A DNA stretch of 64,000 bases from Malacoraja senta (taxonomy: Eukaryota), in NCBI GenBank assembly GCA_038087875.1, contig CM075987.1, positions 17,114,001 through 17,178,000 on the forward strand, written 5' to 3'. The notes beneath the pieces were generated by a model that saw only the letters and a list, made by a program, of their open reading frames with translations, made no database searches and was not told the origin of the DNA. A program made the position numbers and the translations under genes. Below are positions 23,001-36,190 of the stretch, in pieces (position 1 is the first letter of the stretch; every line of letters begins with the position of its first letter).

Positions 23001-23350
23001 CAATAAAATCTTTCCTTCTCACCAATACATAAACACAATAGGGCAACTTTGCCTGCATATCCCATGTGTGGCACACAAACAGATAAGCCGCTTCTCTCTG
23101 AATTCTATTAATTCCGGTTGTTTTATCCAGTGCAAGTCTATGCATTGTGTTTGTCCATAAATATTTGCTGCCTACCTTTGGTGGGTATTGTCCCTTACAA
23201 ACTTCAATGTAAAATACTCAACATTTGAAAAGAAAATCCGGTTTACTTGTAAATGCAGTTATTGTACAAAGTCACTTGAAATCTACAAATTCTCCAGCAG
23301 CAGAGGGTAGCTGTGAGACACTTTTGTCTGCCTTTGTCCCATGTCCCTCT
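20033..23350 (+). other. TE-poor unique sequence downstream of the MOGS stop; candidate 3' UTR / poly(A) region
   Basis: Almost free of LINEs, unlike its flanks. AATAAA hexamers near 20904-20913, 20970, 22028 and 23002. Confidence 0.45.
22170..22450 (+). mobile_element. Degenerate tRNA-derived SINE (V-SINE/HE1-like)
   Basis: V-SINE-like core tttgcatgtttttctcagtgacctcgtgggtttcccctgggtgctccagtttgctcccacatccc. Confidence 0.6.
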
Positions 23351-23499
23351 AACCCTATATATGTGACACAGTGGAGCAGCTGATAGAACTGCTGCCTGAG
23401 AGCATCAGAGAGGAGGAAGAACATTACAACTCAATGTCTGTGCTCTACATGATGCCAAGACAACCTCTTATCTGCTTGAACAGAATCCATATCCTTCTA

Positions 23500-24860
23500 T
23501 AGTCGAAGATAGCCACAAAATGCTGGAGTAACTCAGCGGGACGGGCAGTATCACTGGAGAGAAGGGATGGGTGACGATTTGGGTCAAGACCCATCTTCAG
23601 TCTGATGTCAGGGGAGTGGGACATACAGAGATAACGAAATGTGAGGTGTGAAAACAGGACAAAGGGAATGGAGATCAAGGACCATGTATTGGTTCTTGAT
23701 CATTGTTGGCTGGGAGAAGGTGACAACAAAGCAAACAGATAAATGTAGTTGGAGACAGTAAGACTGCTCGGAGAACTGGGAGGGGGGAGGGGATGGAGAG
23801 AGGGAAAGCAAGGGCTATTTGAAGTTAGAGAAGTCAATGTTCAATGTAAGCTACCCAAGTGAAATATGAGGTGCTGTTCCTCCAATTTGCGCTGGGCCTC
23901 TCTCTGACAATGGAGGAGGCCCAGGACAGAAAGGTCAGTGTGGGAATGGGAAGGGGAGTTACAGTGTTAAAGAAGGAACTGCAGATGCTGGAAAATCGAA
24001 GGTACACAAAAATGCTGGAGAAACTCAGTGGGGTGCAGCAGCATCTATGGAGCGAAGGAAATAGGTAACGTTTCGGGCCGAAACCCTTCTTCAGACTGAT
24101 AGGGGGTGGGGAGAAGAGAGGAAAAAAGGAAAAGGCGGAGGAGGAGCCCGAGGGCTGGGGGAGGGGAGGAGACAACCAGATGGCTGATGAAGGGGAGGGG
24201 ACAGCCAGGGCTAGCAGAATTGGGAGAATTCAACGTTCAGGCCACCAGGATGTAGACTGCCCAAGCGGAATATGAGGTGCATTTCCTCCAATTTACGGTG
24301 TTGCTCGCTGTGGCCATGGAGGAGACCCAGGACAGAGAGTTACAGTGTTGAGCAACTGGGAGATCGGGTAGGTTTAGGCGGACTAAGCGGAGGTGTTCAG
24401 TGAAACGATCGCCGAGCCTGCACCGATATACAGGAGACAACACCTGGAACAACGGATACAGTAGATGAGGTTGGAGGAGGTGCAAGTGAACCTCTGCCTC
24501 ACCTGAAAAGACTGTCGGGGTCCTTGGATGGAGTCAAGGGGGGAGGTATAGGGACAGGTGTTGCATCCCCAGTGGTTGCAGGGGAAAGTACCTGGGGAGG
24601 AGGTGGTTTGGGTGGGATGGGGCGAGTTGACCAGGGAGTTGAAGAGGGAACGGTATCCTTATCTACATTTTCCTTGATCTCCATTTCCTTTGTACTGTTT
24701 TCACACCTTAACACTTCCTTATCTATGTACCTCCCATTCCCCTGACATCAGTCTGAAGCGTCTCGACCCAAAACATCACCTATTCCTTCTCTCCATAGAT
24801 GCTGCCTGTCCCGCTGAGTTACTCCAGCATTTTGTGTCTATCTTCGATTTAAACCAACAC
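23500..24860 (-). mobile_element. Penelope-like retroelement remnants (GIY-YIG endonuclease end plus terminal repeats), nested copies
   Basis: Minus-strand translation CTSSNLIYCIRCSRC..YIG..RLGDRFTEHLR..DLPVAQH. Flanking gtctgaagaaggg..gaaac terminal repeats in both orientations. Confidence 0.85.
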
Positions 24861-25064
24861 ATTTTGTCTTTCTAGTCCTTTCTTAGACTGGAGAGCTTGC
24901 AAACAAAAGCTTTTCACTGTACCTAGGTACACGTGACAACAATAATAATAAACTATCCAAGTCTCCTAAATGACAATATCGTATCTGCTTCGACCACCAC
25001 CCCTGGCAGCGCGATCCAGGCACCCACCCACCTCCGTGTAAAAAAATTCTCACACATGGCCTTT

Positions 25065-27970
25065 ACAATAGACAATAGGTGCAGGATGAGGCCATTCGGC
25101 CCTTCGAGCCAGCACCGCCATTCAATGTGATCATGGTTGATCATCCCCAATCAGTACCCCATTCCTGCCTTCTCCCCATATCCCCTGACTCCGCTATTGT
25201 TAAGAGCCCTATCTAGTTCTCTCTTGAAAGCATCCAGAGAACCTGCCTCCACCGCACTCTGAGGCAGAGAATTCCACAGACTCACCATTCTCTGTGAGAA
25301 AAAGTGTTTCCTCGTCTCCGTTCTAAATGGCTTACTCCTTATACTTAAACTGTGGCCCCTGGTTCTGGACTCCCCCAACATCAGCAAACATGTTTCCTGC
25401 CTCTAGCGTGTCCAAGCCCTTAACAATCTTATATGTTTCAATGAGATACCCTCTCATCCTTCTAAACTCCAGAGTGTACAAGCCCAGCCGCTCCATTCTC
25501 TCAGCATATGACAGTCCGGCCATCCTGGGAATGAACCTTGTAAACCTACGCTGCTCTCCCTCAATAGCAAGAATGTCCTTCCTCAAATTAGGGGACCAAA
25601 ACTGCACACAATACTCCAGGTGTGGTCTCACTAGGGCTCTGTACAACTACAGAAAGACCTCTTTGCTCCTATATTCGATTCCTATTGTTATAAATGCTGA
25701 CATGCCATTACCTTTCTTCACTGCCTGCTGTACCTGCATGCTTACTTTACATTTTGGCCCTGTTTACATTTTGAAGCTTCTGGCCTTCCATCCTGTTAAA
25801 AAGATTCTTAATGTCAACCTTATCTATTCCTCTCGTAATTTTATATATTTTATCAGGTCTCCCCTCAACCTCCGGTGGTACAGAGAAAATGATCCAAGTC
25901 TGTCCAAGGTGTATAATATCATGAGGGGAAGTTACAGAGTGAATGACAGGGTTAAGGAATCAAGAACCAGTGGACAGAGGTTTAAGATGAGTCATAGAAT
26001 GATACAGTGTGGTAAGAGGTCCTTCGGCCCAACTTGGCCATACTGGCCAACGTCCCAGCTACACCAGTCCCACCTGTCAGCATTTGGTCCATATCCCTCC
26101 AAACCTGTCCTATCCATATGCCTGTTTAACTGCTTCTTAAATGTTAGGATAGTCCCAGCCTCAACTACCTCCTCTGGCAGCTTGTTCCATACAACCACCA
26201 CCCTTTGTGTGAAAAAGTTACCCCTCAGATTCCTATTTACTCTTTTCCCCTTCACCTTAAACCTTTGTCCTCTGGTCCTCTATTCACCTGGGCAAGAGAC
26301 TCTGTGCATCTACCTGGTCTAGTCCTCATGATCTTATGCACCTCATCCTCTGCGCTCCAAGGAATAGTTTCCCAGCCGACTCAACCTTTGCCTATAGCTC
26401 ACACCCTCTAGTCCTGGCAACATCCTCGTAAATATTCTCTGTACTCTTTCCAGCTTGACCACATCTTTCCTATAACACGATGCCCAGAACTGAACACAAT
26501 ATTCTAAATGCGGCCTCACCAACGTCTTATACAACTGCAACATGATCTCCCAACTTCTATACTCGATACACTGACTGATGAAGGCCAATGTACCAAAAGC
26601 CTTTTTGACAACCCAATCTACCTGCGACTCCACTTTCCTAGTTCCCTCTACTCTACAACACTACCCAGAGCCCTACCATTCACTGTGTAGATCCTGCCTT
26701 TGTTCGACGTCCCAAAATGCAACATCTCACACTTCTCTGTATTAAATTCCATCAACCATTCCTCCGCCCACCTGGCCAATCGATCCAGATCCTGCTGCAA
26801 TCGTTCACAACCATCTTCACTATCTGCAAAACCACTCACTTTTGTATCATCAGCAAACTTGCTAATCTTGCCCTGTATGTTCTCATCCAAATCATTGATG
26901 TAGATGACAAACAGTAACGGGCTCAGCACCGAACCCTGAGGCACACCACTAGTCACAGGCCTCCAGTCCGAGAAGCAACCTTCCACCATCACCCTCTGCT
27001 TCCTTCCATGGAGCCAATTTGCTATCCATTCAGCTGTCCCTCCTTGGATCTAACCTTCCAGAGCAGCCTACCATGTGGAACCTTGTCGAATGCTTTACTG
27101 AAGTCCATGTACACAACATCTACAACTCTGCTCTCATCAACCTTTTTGGTCATGTCTTCAAAAAACTCAATCAGATTTGTGAGACATTACCTCCCACGTA
27201 CAAAACCATGCTGACTATCCCTAATTAGCCCTTGTCCATCTAAATGCCTGTATATCCTATCCCTTAGAATACCCTCTAGTAACTTTCCAACTGCAGATGT
27301 TAAGCTCACTGGCCTATAGTTCCCAGTCTTCTGGATAAGTTTATCAGGTGGTCGATATCAAATGCTTTACTAGAATTCATGTGCACAACATCCACTGCCC
27401 CACCCTCATTGATCACATTTGTCACCTCAACATCTCGATTGTTAGTAAGACATGCCCTGCCGTGTACAAAGCCATGCTGCCTCTAATTAACCATTCTCTT
27501 CCAAATGGGTTTAAATCCCATCCCAAGAAATCCTCTCCAATAGCTTCGCTCCCACTGATGTGAGGCTCAATGGCCTACAATTCCCTGGATTCTATCTACT
27601 TCCCTTGTACAAAGGGACAGTATGATCCACTCTCCATGGCCTCCTTGATGAAAATAGATGCAAAGTACTTGCTTAGTACCTTGCCTACATCCTGTCATCC
27701 CTTCATTCCAAGCACAAGTTTGCTCTTTGTGTGGTCGTACCTCCTCCCTCGTGTAGGTGTAAAAAGCCACAGGATTTCCTCCTTAGATTCTTCAAGGCCC
27801 CTGCTGAATTCATCATCTTAAATCTTTCTTTTTAACCAAATTTACAATCTCTTTGGTCATCCAAGGTTCCCATACTTAGTCATTATTATGCCTCCTCTTT
27901 ACTGGAACATGCGAGTCCTGAACTTAGATCAACTGGCCTTTAAGTATGCACCATGTATCAGATGTGGACT
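25065..27970 (-). mobile_element. Cluster of CR1 LINE fragments
   Basis: [19 protein letters not shown] and SKFADDTKV motifs in minus-strand ORFs 25332-25646, 26343-26633 and 26648-26992. Confidence 0.85.
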
Positions 27971-28229
27971 TGCCCAATAACAACTGACCTTGGGTGTTGT
28001 CTATGTGAAGTGCACGTTCTCGCTGTGACCACATGGGTTTCCACTGGGTGTTCCCATTTCTTCCCACATCCCAAAGATGTGTTGTAGGTTAATTGACCTC
28101 TGTAAATTGTCCCCAGTGGATGAGAAAGTGGGATAACACAACTAGGTGTAAATGGATAATAGATGGTCGGCACCTATGGGCCGAAGGGCCTATTTTCTTG
28201 CTGCATCTTTCAATCAATCAATCTATGTA

Positions 28230-29415
28230 TCAGGCTGAAGAAGGGTCCCAACCCGGAACGTCATCCATTCCTTCTCTCCGGAGAGATGCTGCCTGTTCTC
28301 CTGAGTTACTCCAGAATGTTGTGTTTATCTTCCAAGTATCTGTCCAAATGTCTTTTAAAAGTTGAAATTGTATCCATTTCTATTGCTTCCTCGAGCAGCT
28401 CATTTCAGGTACAGACTACCCTCTGAGTGACAAATCTACTCTGAGTGAAAAGGTTGCCTCTAAAGGTCCCTCTTAGATCTCACACATTAAACCTGTGCCC
28501 TCAGTTTTAGAATCCTCTACCCTGCGGAAGAGACTGAGCATTCACTTTATCCGTGCCCCTGATGATCTTATACACCTCAATAAGGCCACCCCTCAGCCTC
28601 CCCCGCTCCAGAGAACACAGTCCCAGCCTATCCAACCTCTCCCTGTAAACCAGCCCAGGTAACATTGAGGCAAATCCCTTCTGCACCATTCAGCATTCTC
28701 CCTCTTACTGACATCAGTCTGAGGAAGGGTGTTGACCCAAACGTTGCCTATCCATGTCAATAGACAATAGGTGCAGGAGTAGGCCATACGCCCCTTCAAG
28801 CCAGCACCGCCATTCAATGTGATCATGGCTGATCATCCACATTCAATACCCCATTCCTGCCTTCTCCCCATATCCCCTGACTCCGCTATCTTCAAGAGCC
28901 CTATCTAGCTCTCTCTTGAAAGTATCCAGAGAACCTGCCTCCACCGCCCTCTGAGGCAGAGAATTCCACAGACTCACAACTCTCTATGTGAAAAAGTGTT
29001 TCCTCGTCTCCGTTCTAAATGGCTTGCCCCTTATTCTTAATCTCTGGTTCTGGACTCCCCCAACATCGGGAACATGTCCTGCAGCATTTTGTCTTTTTGT
29101 TTGCTCAAGATTGCAGCATCTACAGTTTCTTGTGTCTCCATGTAGTAAAGAACTTCAGATGCTGGTTTAAATTAAAGATAGACACAAAATGCTGGAGTAA
29201 CTCAGCGGGACAGGCAGCATCTCTGGAGAGAAGGAATGGGTGATGTTTCGGGTCAAGACCCTTCTTCAGACTGAAACGTCACCCATTCTTTATCTCCAGA
29301 GATGGTGCCTGTCCCGCTGAGTTACTCCAGCATTTTGTGTCTACTCTTCTACACACTTTCCAACTCAATGACAATCCTTCCTGCAACTGGGGACCAAAAC
29401 TGCATACAGTACTCC
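28230..29415. mobile_element. Mixed CR1 3' fragments and Penelope terminal repeats
   Basis: CR1 3' UTR at 28758-29075 (-); palindromic pLTR repeat at ~29145-29345. Confidence 0.7.
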
Positions 29416-29683
29416 AGGGAAATGGATAGAGCTTTTCAGCATGACTATGGCCATAAAGGATTAAGAACTCTTGTTGGTAGTCTTAACCAGTTATTCAAAA
29501 ATAAAACAGCGATCGACCAGTCTGTTCCCCTTCCAGCTCATCTGGCTTTAATAGTACAGCTATGGTCAACAACTGCCTGAGACAAGTAGGGGGTGGAATG
29601 ATCAAAATCAGGGATCACAGCCCATGCCATTTCCAAAATACAAACCCAAAAGAAAACAGATCTTACAAATACAACATCAAGGG

Positions 29684-29930
29684 AGGCGCAGCGGTAGAGT
29701 TGCTGCCTCCCTGCTTCGATGCCGACTATGGGTGCTGCTGTCTGCATGGAGTTTGCACGTTCTCTCCATGACCACGTGGGTTTCCTCCCACATTCCAAAG
29801 ACGGTCAGGTTAATTGTTTTCTGTAAATTGTCCCGTGTGTAGAATAGAATTAGTGTACAGGGTGATCGCTGGTTGGTGCTGATTCAGTGGGCTGAAGGGC
29901 CTGTTTCACTCTGTATCTCTAAACTAAATG
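29684..29930 (+). mobile_element. tRNA-derived SINE (HE1/V-SINE-like)
   Basis: A-box-like ggcgcagcggtagag, V-SINE core ggagtttgcacgttctctccatgaccacgtgggtttcctcccac, LINE-like 3' end gggctgaagggcctgttt..ctaaactaaa. Confidence 0.75.
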
Positions 29931-30649
29931 TGGAGATTGGTTTAACTCAGTATCATGTTCAGCATGGACATAGTGGGCCGAAGGGCCTGTTCCTGTGCTT
30001 TACTGTTCTATGTTGTGGACAATGGGGAGAGGCTCCAGTGCTGATGTATAGGTTATTCCATGCTGTGGACTAACTCAGCGGGTCAGGCAGCATATCGGAG
30101 TTCTCCAGAGATGCTGCCTGACCTGCTCAGTGACTGGGTTTTTGTTGTAAACCAGTATCTGCAATTCCTTGTTTCTACATTGTTGCAAATGAGATTTTCC
30201 TGATGAAGCTCGTTTTTATTGTTGCTGTTCACAAAGAAAGGCAAAAAATGGACCTTTCATTGTCCAGTAAGGCAACCTCGAGACATTATTATCAGGCACT
30301 GCTAATCTGACATTGGCTTCATTCCACAGATAACAAATGATTGTACAAATGCTGCAATGCTCTTTGAACCGTGAGTTGCTGATTCAGAATTATTGCAAGA
30401 TTATATTTGGCAGAAGCCTAGGGTAGAGTAAAGTGAGAAGTATTTCCTCAGTCATTCCCATACACAGTAATGCTGACTCCATGCATCTGCTCTCAGTCTG
30501 GCTGGACACTTTTAACCACTTCACACAACAAACGTAGAATGCTGGTTGTGATGAGAAAGATTGCTAAATTATTCCCATGACCAAAAGTAAATACGATGCA
30601 TTTTCTTACGCAAGTTTCCAAAAGAGAATACTTTTTATCCAAATTGCCA

Positions 30650-31088
30650 CTGTCATATGCTGAGAGAATGGAGCAGCTGGGCTTGTACACACTGGAGTTT
30701 AGAAGGATGAAAGGGCATCTCATTGAAACATATAAGATTGTTAAGGGCTTGGACACGCTAGAGGCAGGAAACATGTTCCCGATGTTGGGGGAGTCCAGAA
30801 CCAGGGGCCACAGTTTAAGAATAAGAGTAAGCCATTTTAGAATGGAGACGAGGAAACACTTTTTCTCACAGAGAGTGGTGAGTCTGTGGAATTCTCTGCC
30901 TCAGAGGGTGGTGGAGGCAGGTTCTCTGGATACTTTCAAGAAAGAGCTAGATAAGGCTCTTAAAAATAGCGGAGTCAGGGGATATGGGGAGAAGGCAGGA
31001 ACGGGGTACTGATTAGGGATGATCAGCCATGATCACATTGAATGGCCGAATGGCCTACTCCTGCACCTATTGTCTATTTGTCTATTGC
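30650..31088 (+). mobile_element. CR1 LINE 3' fragment
   Basis: LSYAERMEQLGLYTLEFRRM..GYGEKAGTGY* and ctattgtctatt tail. Confidence 0.88.
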
Positions 31089-31131
31089 CACCTTTACAGG
31101 AACAGAACATTGAAAAATTATTGCTGAACAT

Positions 31132-31411
31132 GGTTTAGTTTGGTTTAGAGGTACAGTATGGATATAGACGTCTCAGCAATCCGAGTCCGCGCCGACCAGC
31201 GATCACCCCATTAACTAGCACTAACCTACACACTAGGGACAATTTACAGAAGCCAATTAACCTACACGTCTTTGGAATGTGGGAGGAAACCGGAAAAAAC
31301 CCACGTGGTCACGGGGAGAACGTACAAACTCCGTACAGACAGCACCCGTTGTCAGGATCAAACCCAGGTGTCTGGCGATGTGAGGCAGCATCTCTACCGT
31401 GGAGCCACTGT
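31132..31411 (-). mobile_element. tRNA-derived SINE (HE1/V-SINE-like)
   Basis: Reverse complement begins cagtggctccacggtagagatgctgcctcac..ctgggtttgatcc (pol III A/B-box-like); core ggagtttgtacgttctccccgtgacc; (ctaaa)-type tail. Confidence 0.8.
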
Positions 31412-31712
31412 GAATGAACCTAACTTGCCCAATAATCTCTAATGTGTACAATCAGATCACATTTTTTTCAAGCTGCATGAAAATTGTTCCTCAACACATG
31501 ATGTGGTGGATGTATGGAACAAGCTGCCAGAGGAGGTAGTTGAGGCTGGGACTATCCCAACATTTAGTAAACAGACAGATACATGGATGGGACAGGTTTA
31601 GAGGGATATGGACCAAGCGCAGGCAGGTGGGACTAGTGTAGCTGGGACATGTTGGCAGGTTGGGCCGAAGAGCTGTTTCCACACTATATCACTATGATTA
31701 TATTCCCTTCAT

Positions 31713-31990
31713 TAGTTTAGTTTAGAGATACAACGCGGAAACAGGTCCTTCGGCCCACCGGGTCCGTGCCGACCAGCAATCCCCGCACATTAACACTATC
31801 CTACACACATTAGGGACAGGTTTTACATTTACCCAAGCCAATTAACCTACAAATCTGTACGTTGGAGTGTGGGGAGGAAACCGAAGATCTCGGAGAAAAC
31901 CCACGAAGGTCACGGGAGAACAGCAGCCGTAGTCGGGATGGAACCCGGGTCTCCGCCGCTGCATTCTACCGCTGCGTCACCGTGACCGCC
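31713..31990 (-). mobile_element. tRNA-derived SINE (HE1/V-SINE-like)
   Basis: Homologous to 31132-31411; minus-strand head cggtgacgcagcggtaga..cccgggttccatccc. Confidence 0.8.
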
Positions 31991-32189
31991 TCATCCAAGC
32001 AAAACATCTGGCGAACCTCTGCAAAATTGCCTCCAAGATAACAGTATTGGCCGTCAGTATCGGAGCCCAGAGACTTATACTCCCAAGTAAGTGCTCATCG
32101 AAGCCCTGTACAGTATACACACTGAAGAACAACAGAGGTCTTTTTGCAATACTTAGTAGAATAGTAAAATTATGTAAAATGCCAGAAGC

Positions 32190-33895
32190 GGCCCTTCAGC
32201 CCACAATGTTTGTGCTGAATGTAAACTCATCTCTGCCTGCACGACCCACATCCCTCCATTCCCTGCATATCCATGTGCCTAAACAAAAGCCACTTCAATG
32301 GCATTATTGTATCTGCCTCCACCACCACCCCTGGCAATAAGTTCCTGGCCCCCACCACTTTGTGTGAAAATACTTGCCGTGTACACCTCCTTTAAACTTT
32401 GCCCCTCTCACCTGATAGCTGTGCCCTCTGAACTTTGGCATTTTCATCCTGGGAAAAAGATTCTGACTGTCTATCCTATCTATACCTCTCCTAATTTTAT
32501 ATAGTTCAATCAGCACTCCCCTCAAACTCCAGTGTTTCATGTTCATTTGTCGTAGGAGCAGAATTAGGTCATTTGTCCCATCGAGCCTACTCTGCCAATC
32601 AATCGAGGCTAATCTATCTTTCCCACTCAACCCCATTCTCCTGCCTTCTCCCCATAACCCTTGACACCCGTACTAATCAACAATCTGTCAATCTTCGCCT
32701 TAAAAATATCCATTGACTTGGCTTCCACAGTTGTCTGAGGCAATCAATTCCACAGATTCACCACCATCTGACTAAAGAAATTCCACCTCATCTCCTTTGG
32801 AAAGGTATGTCCATATATTCTGAGGCTGTGCCCTCTAGTCCTAGACTCTCCCACCAGTGGAAACATCCTCTCCGCATCCACTCTATCCAGGCCTTTCATT
32901 TTTCAGTTAGTTTCAATGAGGTTTCCCCCTCATCCTTCTAAACTGTGAGTACAGGCCCAGTGCCGACAAACGCTCAAATGCTGTTTCAGAGAAAACATTC
33001 CTAGTCCACCCAACCTCTCTTTATTGGTCTAATGTCTGGTGCCCTGAGCTACTGATATGCAGACAGAAGTTCAGTTCCCCAATCCCATTATTGCAGCTGA
33101 GAAATGTAAACTCTGGTCATTGAGTGAGGTGCAATTGTGGTTAACTCTTGACCCAGTCTGGCCAAACTGATTCCTGGTGAAGCAAGGAGGCTGCCTCAGT
33201 ACAGGGACCATGAACAATGGGGAATAAATACCTGAGTTGTCATTGATTTCCATGTTTCATCAGCATACAGATCAATTACTTGCATCAATCATATCAATAG
33301 ACAATAGGTGCCGGAGTAGGCCATTCGGCCCTTCGAGCCAGCACCGCCATTCAATGTGATCATGGCTGATCATCCCCAATCAGTACCTCGGTACGTGTGA
33401 CAATGGGAAACTAAACTAAACTCCAGAGATGCTGCCTGACCCGTTGAGTTACTCCAGCACTTTGTGTCTTTTTTGGTAAACCAGCATCTACAGTTGGTTG
33501 TGTCTACATGCTATGGACCAGCATATTAAGATTATTAAGGGCTTGGACACACTAGAGGCAGGAAACATGTTCCTGATGTTGGGGGAGTCCAGAACCAGGG
33601 GCCACAGTTTAAGAATAAGGAGTAAGCCATTTAGAACGGAGACGAGGAAACACTTTTTCTCACAGAGAGTTGTGAGTCTGTGGACTTCTCTGCCTCAGAG
33701 GGCGGTGGAGGCAAGTTCTCTGGATACTTTCAAGAGAGAGCTAGATAGGGCTCTTGAAGATAGCGGAGTCAGGGGATATGGGGAGAAGGCAGGAGCGGGG
33801 TACTGATTGGGGATGATCAGCCATGATCACATTGAATGGCGGTGCTGGCTCGAAGGGCCGAATGGCCTACTCCTGCACCTATTGTCTAATGTCTT
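32190..33895. mobile_element. CR1 LINE 3' fragments (minus 32190-32975, plus 33525-33895) around a short unique island
   Basis: ORF2 C-terminal motifs and 3' UTRs. Confidence 0.7.
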
Positions 33896-35699
33896 AGACC
33901 ACGACTAGCTTAGATGAGGCATCGCAGCTGACCATGAACAGAGAATGTCAAACAATACAGCATGAATATCTTGGGCTAAAGAGCCTGTTTCCATGCTGCA
34001 TGGCTCTGAATCTGGTGTGAGGTGGTGTACAGGATTCAAATGCCCAGGTAAGATTACTAACTCCCTGTTTCTTGTACATTCACTGCATTCACCCGATCTA
34101 TTTCCCCTCATGATCTGATACACCTCTATAAGATCACCCCTCGTCCTCCTGTGCTCCAAGGGATCCCTCGTGGGGGACCCGGGGGAAGAAGCCATCACTG
34201 CTGGCCCGCGGCCAACTTCTACCGCGAGGCCGGCATGGACTTACCATCACCCCTGGAGGGGAGCTTCGACCGCCGGCCCTGCAGTCTACGGTGCTTCTGG
34301 CTGCGGCGGGGACTTTAAATCTTGACCGCCGGCCTGCGGCCCACAACAATCTAAAGCCGCGGTCTCCGGTGAGGAAGAGCCGATCCTGGACTGACTCTGG
34401 TCCTGTCCACGGGGGGGGAATGGAGGAGGATTGGCCAAATTTTGGTGCCAGTGATGAATGCTGTGGTGGATGTTTGTGTTACATTTTGTGTGTTCTTTAT
34501 TATTGTATCGCTGCTGACAACCCAATCCTTGCCGGGTCGACCGGTCGGGGCAGAGAGTAGCTTTGAATGTTTGTCTCTTCGTTACGTTGTTTGTGTCCCT
34601 TTCTCTTTTTTTTTTAAAGCTACTGTAATGCGCCCTTTTAAATTGCCCCTTGGGGATGAATAAAGTGCTTGATTGATTGATTGATTGATTGATTGATTAC
34701 CATTCTTTAATCTCACACTATTTAAATAATTGTTTCTTCTATTGCTGTGCAAGGGAATAATCTCACATTTCCCATATTCTATACTCACACAATATCACCC
34801 TCTGCGGAAGAGACTGCATTCACCCGATCTATTTCCCCTCATGATCTGATACACCTCTATAAGATCACCCCTCGTCCTCCTGTGCTCCAAGGAATTGTCC
34901 TAGCTTGCTCAACGGCTCCCTATAGCTCAGGCCGTCGAGTCCTGGCAACACCCTTGTCATTCTTTGCAGCTCGATGGCATCTTTCCTTCATCGTTGAGAC
35001 CAAAACTGAACCTTAACACCCCCCACCCCCATGTCAGAACGAGGTGCCCCAGGCTACTGCTCCACACTGGAGGACAACAATCTGTGGGCTTGGTGCCAGG
35101 AGCTGAGTTATTGAAGCCAGGCACCATCCCACGAGCTGCAGCTGGCGCCACAAGCTTTGGCTCACACAGTAACCTCTTGGCTGGGGCTTTGTGCTTCCTG
35201 GCGGGCTCTCTGTAGCTGGTTCAGTTCCGTGAGGGGAACAAGGAACCAGGGAAACCTGTTTGAAACCAAGCAGCTTTGTGTTGGTACACATCTGTCCTCA
35301 CCAGCTGTGGGAGCCCTGGACCACAGGCCTGCTTCCTCACCCCAACACAGACAATCCTTGATGCCATCATGTACTACAGAGTACGGCACAGAAACAGGCC
35401 CTTCAGCCCACCATGTCTGGACCGAACATGATGCCAAGTTAAACTCGTCACCGCTGGACATGATCCATATCCCTCCATTCCCAAAGGCCTCCAATATGTC
35501 CAATCGTCACAAATCCCAAGGAGCGTCACCGTGGATCGCTTGTAGCCTAATCTTCTGGATCAGTATAATAGGGACAACGGGTTTGTATTAACCGTAGACC
35601 AGCAGTGGACCGCACCTGTCTGTCACTGTCATTGAGTGGTGAACACTGACCCCCACCCTTTGTGCCAACACCCCTCACCCACCCTCTGTGCCTCCCCCC

Positions 35700-35835
35700 T
35701 CCCCCTCCCTCAGTGACCTCCCCCCTCCCCCTCCCTCAGTGACCTCCCCCTCCCTCAGTGACCTCCCCCTTCCCCCTCCCCCTCCCTCAGTGACCTCCCC
35801 CCTCCCCCTCCCCCTCCCTCAGTGACCTCCCCCCT
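35700..35835. repeat. C-rich minisatellite (cctccctcagtgacctccccc)
   Basis: ctcagtgacctcccc recurs five times with variable C-rich spacers. Confidence 0.85.
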
Positions 35836-36190
35836 CCAGGGTAAAAGACTCTGTGCATCTACCCGATCTATTCCTCTCATGATTTTATACACCTCTATAA
35901 GATTCCCCCTCATCCTCCTGCGCTCCATGGAATAGAGACCCAGTCTACTCAACCTCTCCCTGTAGCTCACACCCTCTATTCCTGGCAACATCCTTGTAAA
36001 TCTTCACAGCTGGTGCCGTGGTTTTGTCCCGCACCCCCTGATGGTCCACCATTCATCCCCAGTCTCACTCTCACTCCCTTCCAGATATCTGTAATACATT
36101 TCTGGCCAGCTTCATGTCTGCTCAAATATCAATACTTGAATCCATTCTGTTGCTGTTTCTACATCCTGCCCAGCTTTTCTCACCTGCATC

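Noticed and set aside
25327..26322. 331-aa plus-strand ORF
   Set aside because: Antisense reading of several CR1 fragments; the same antisense peptide ([13 protein letters not shown]) appears at many LINE copies.
31132..31990. tRNA genes
   Set aside because: tRNA-like heads continue into the V-SINE core and LINE-like tail; these are SINEs.
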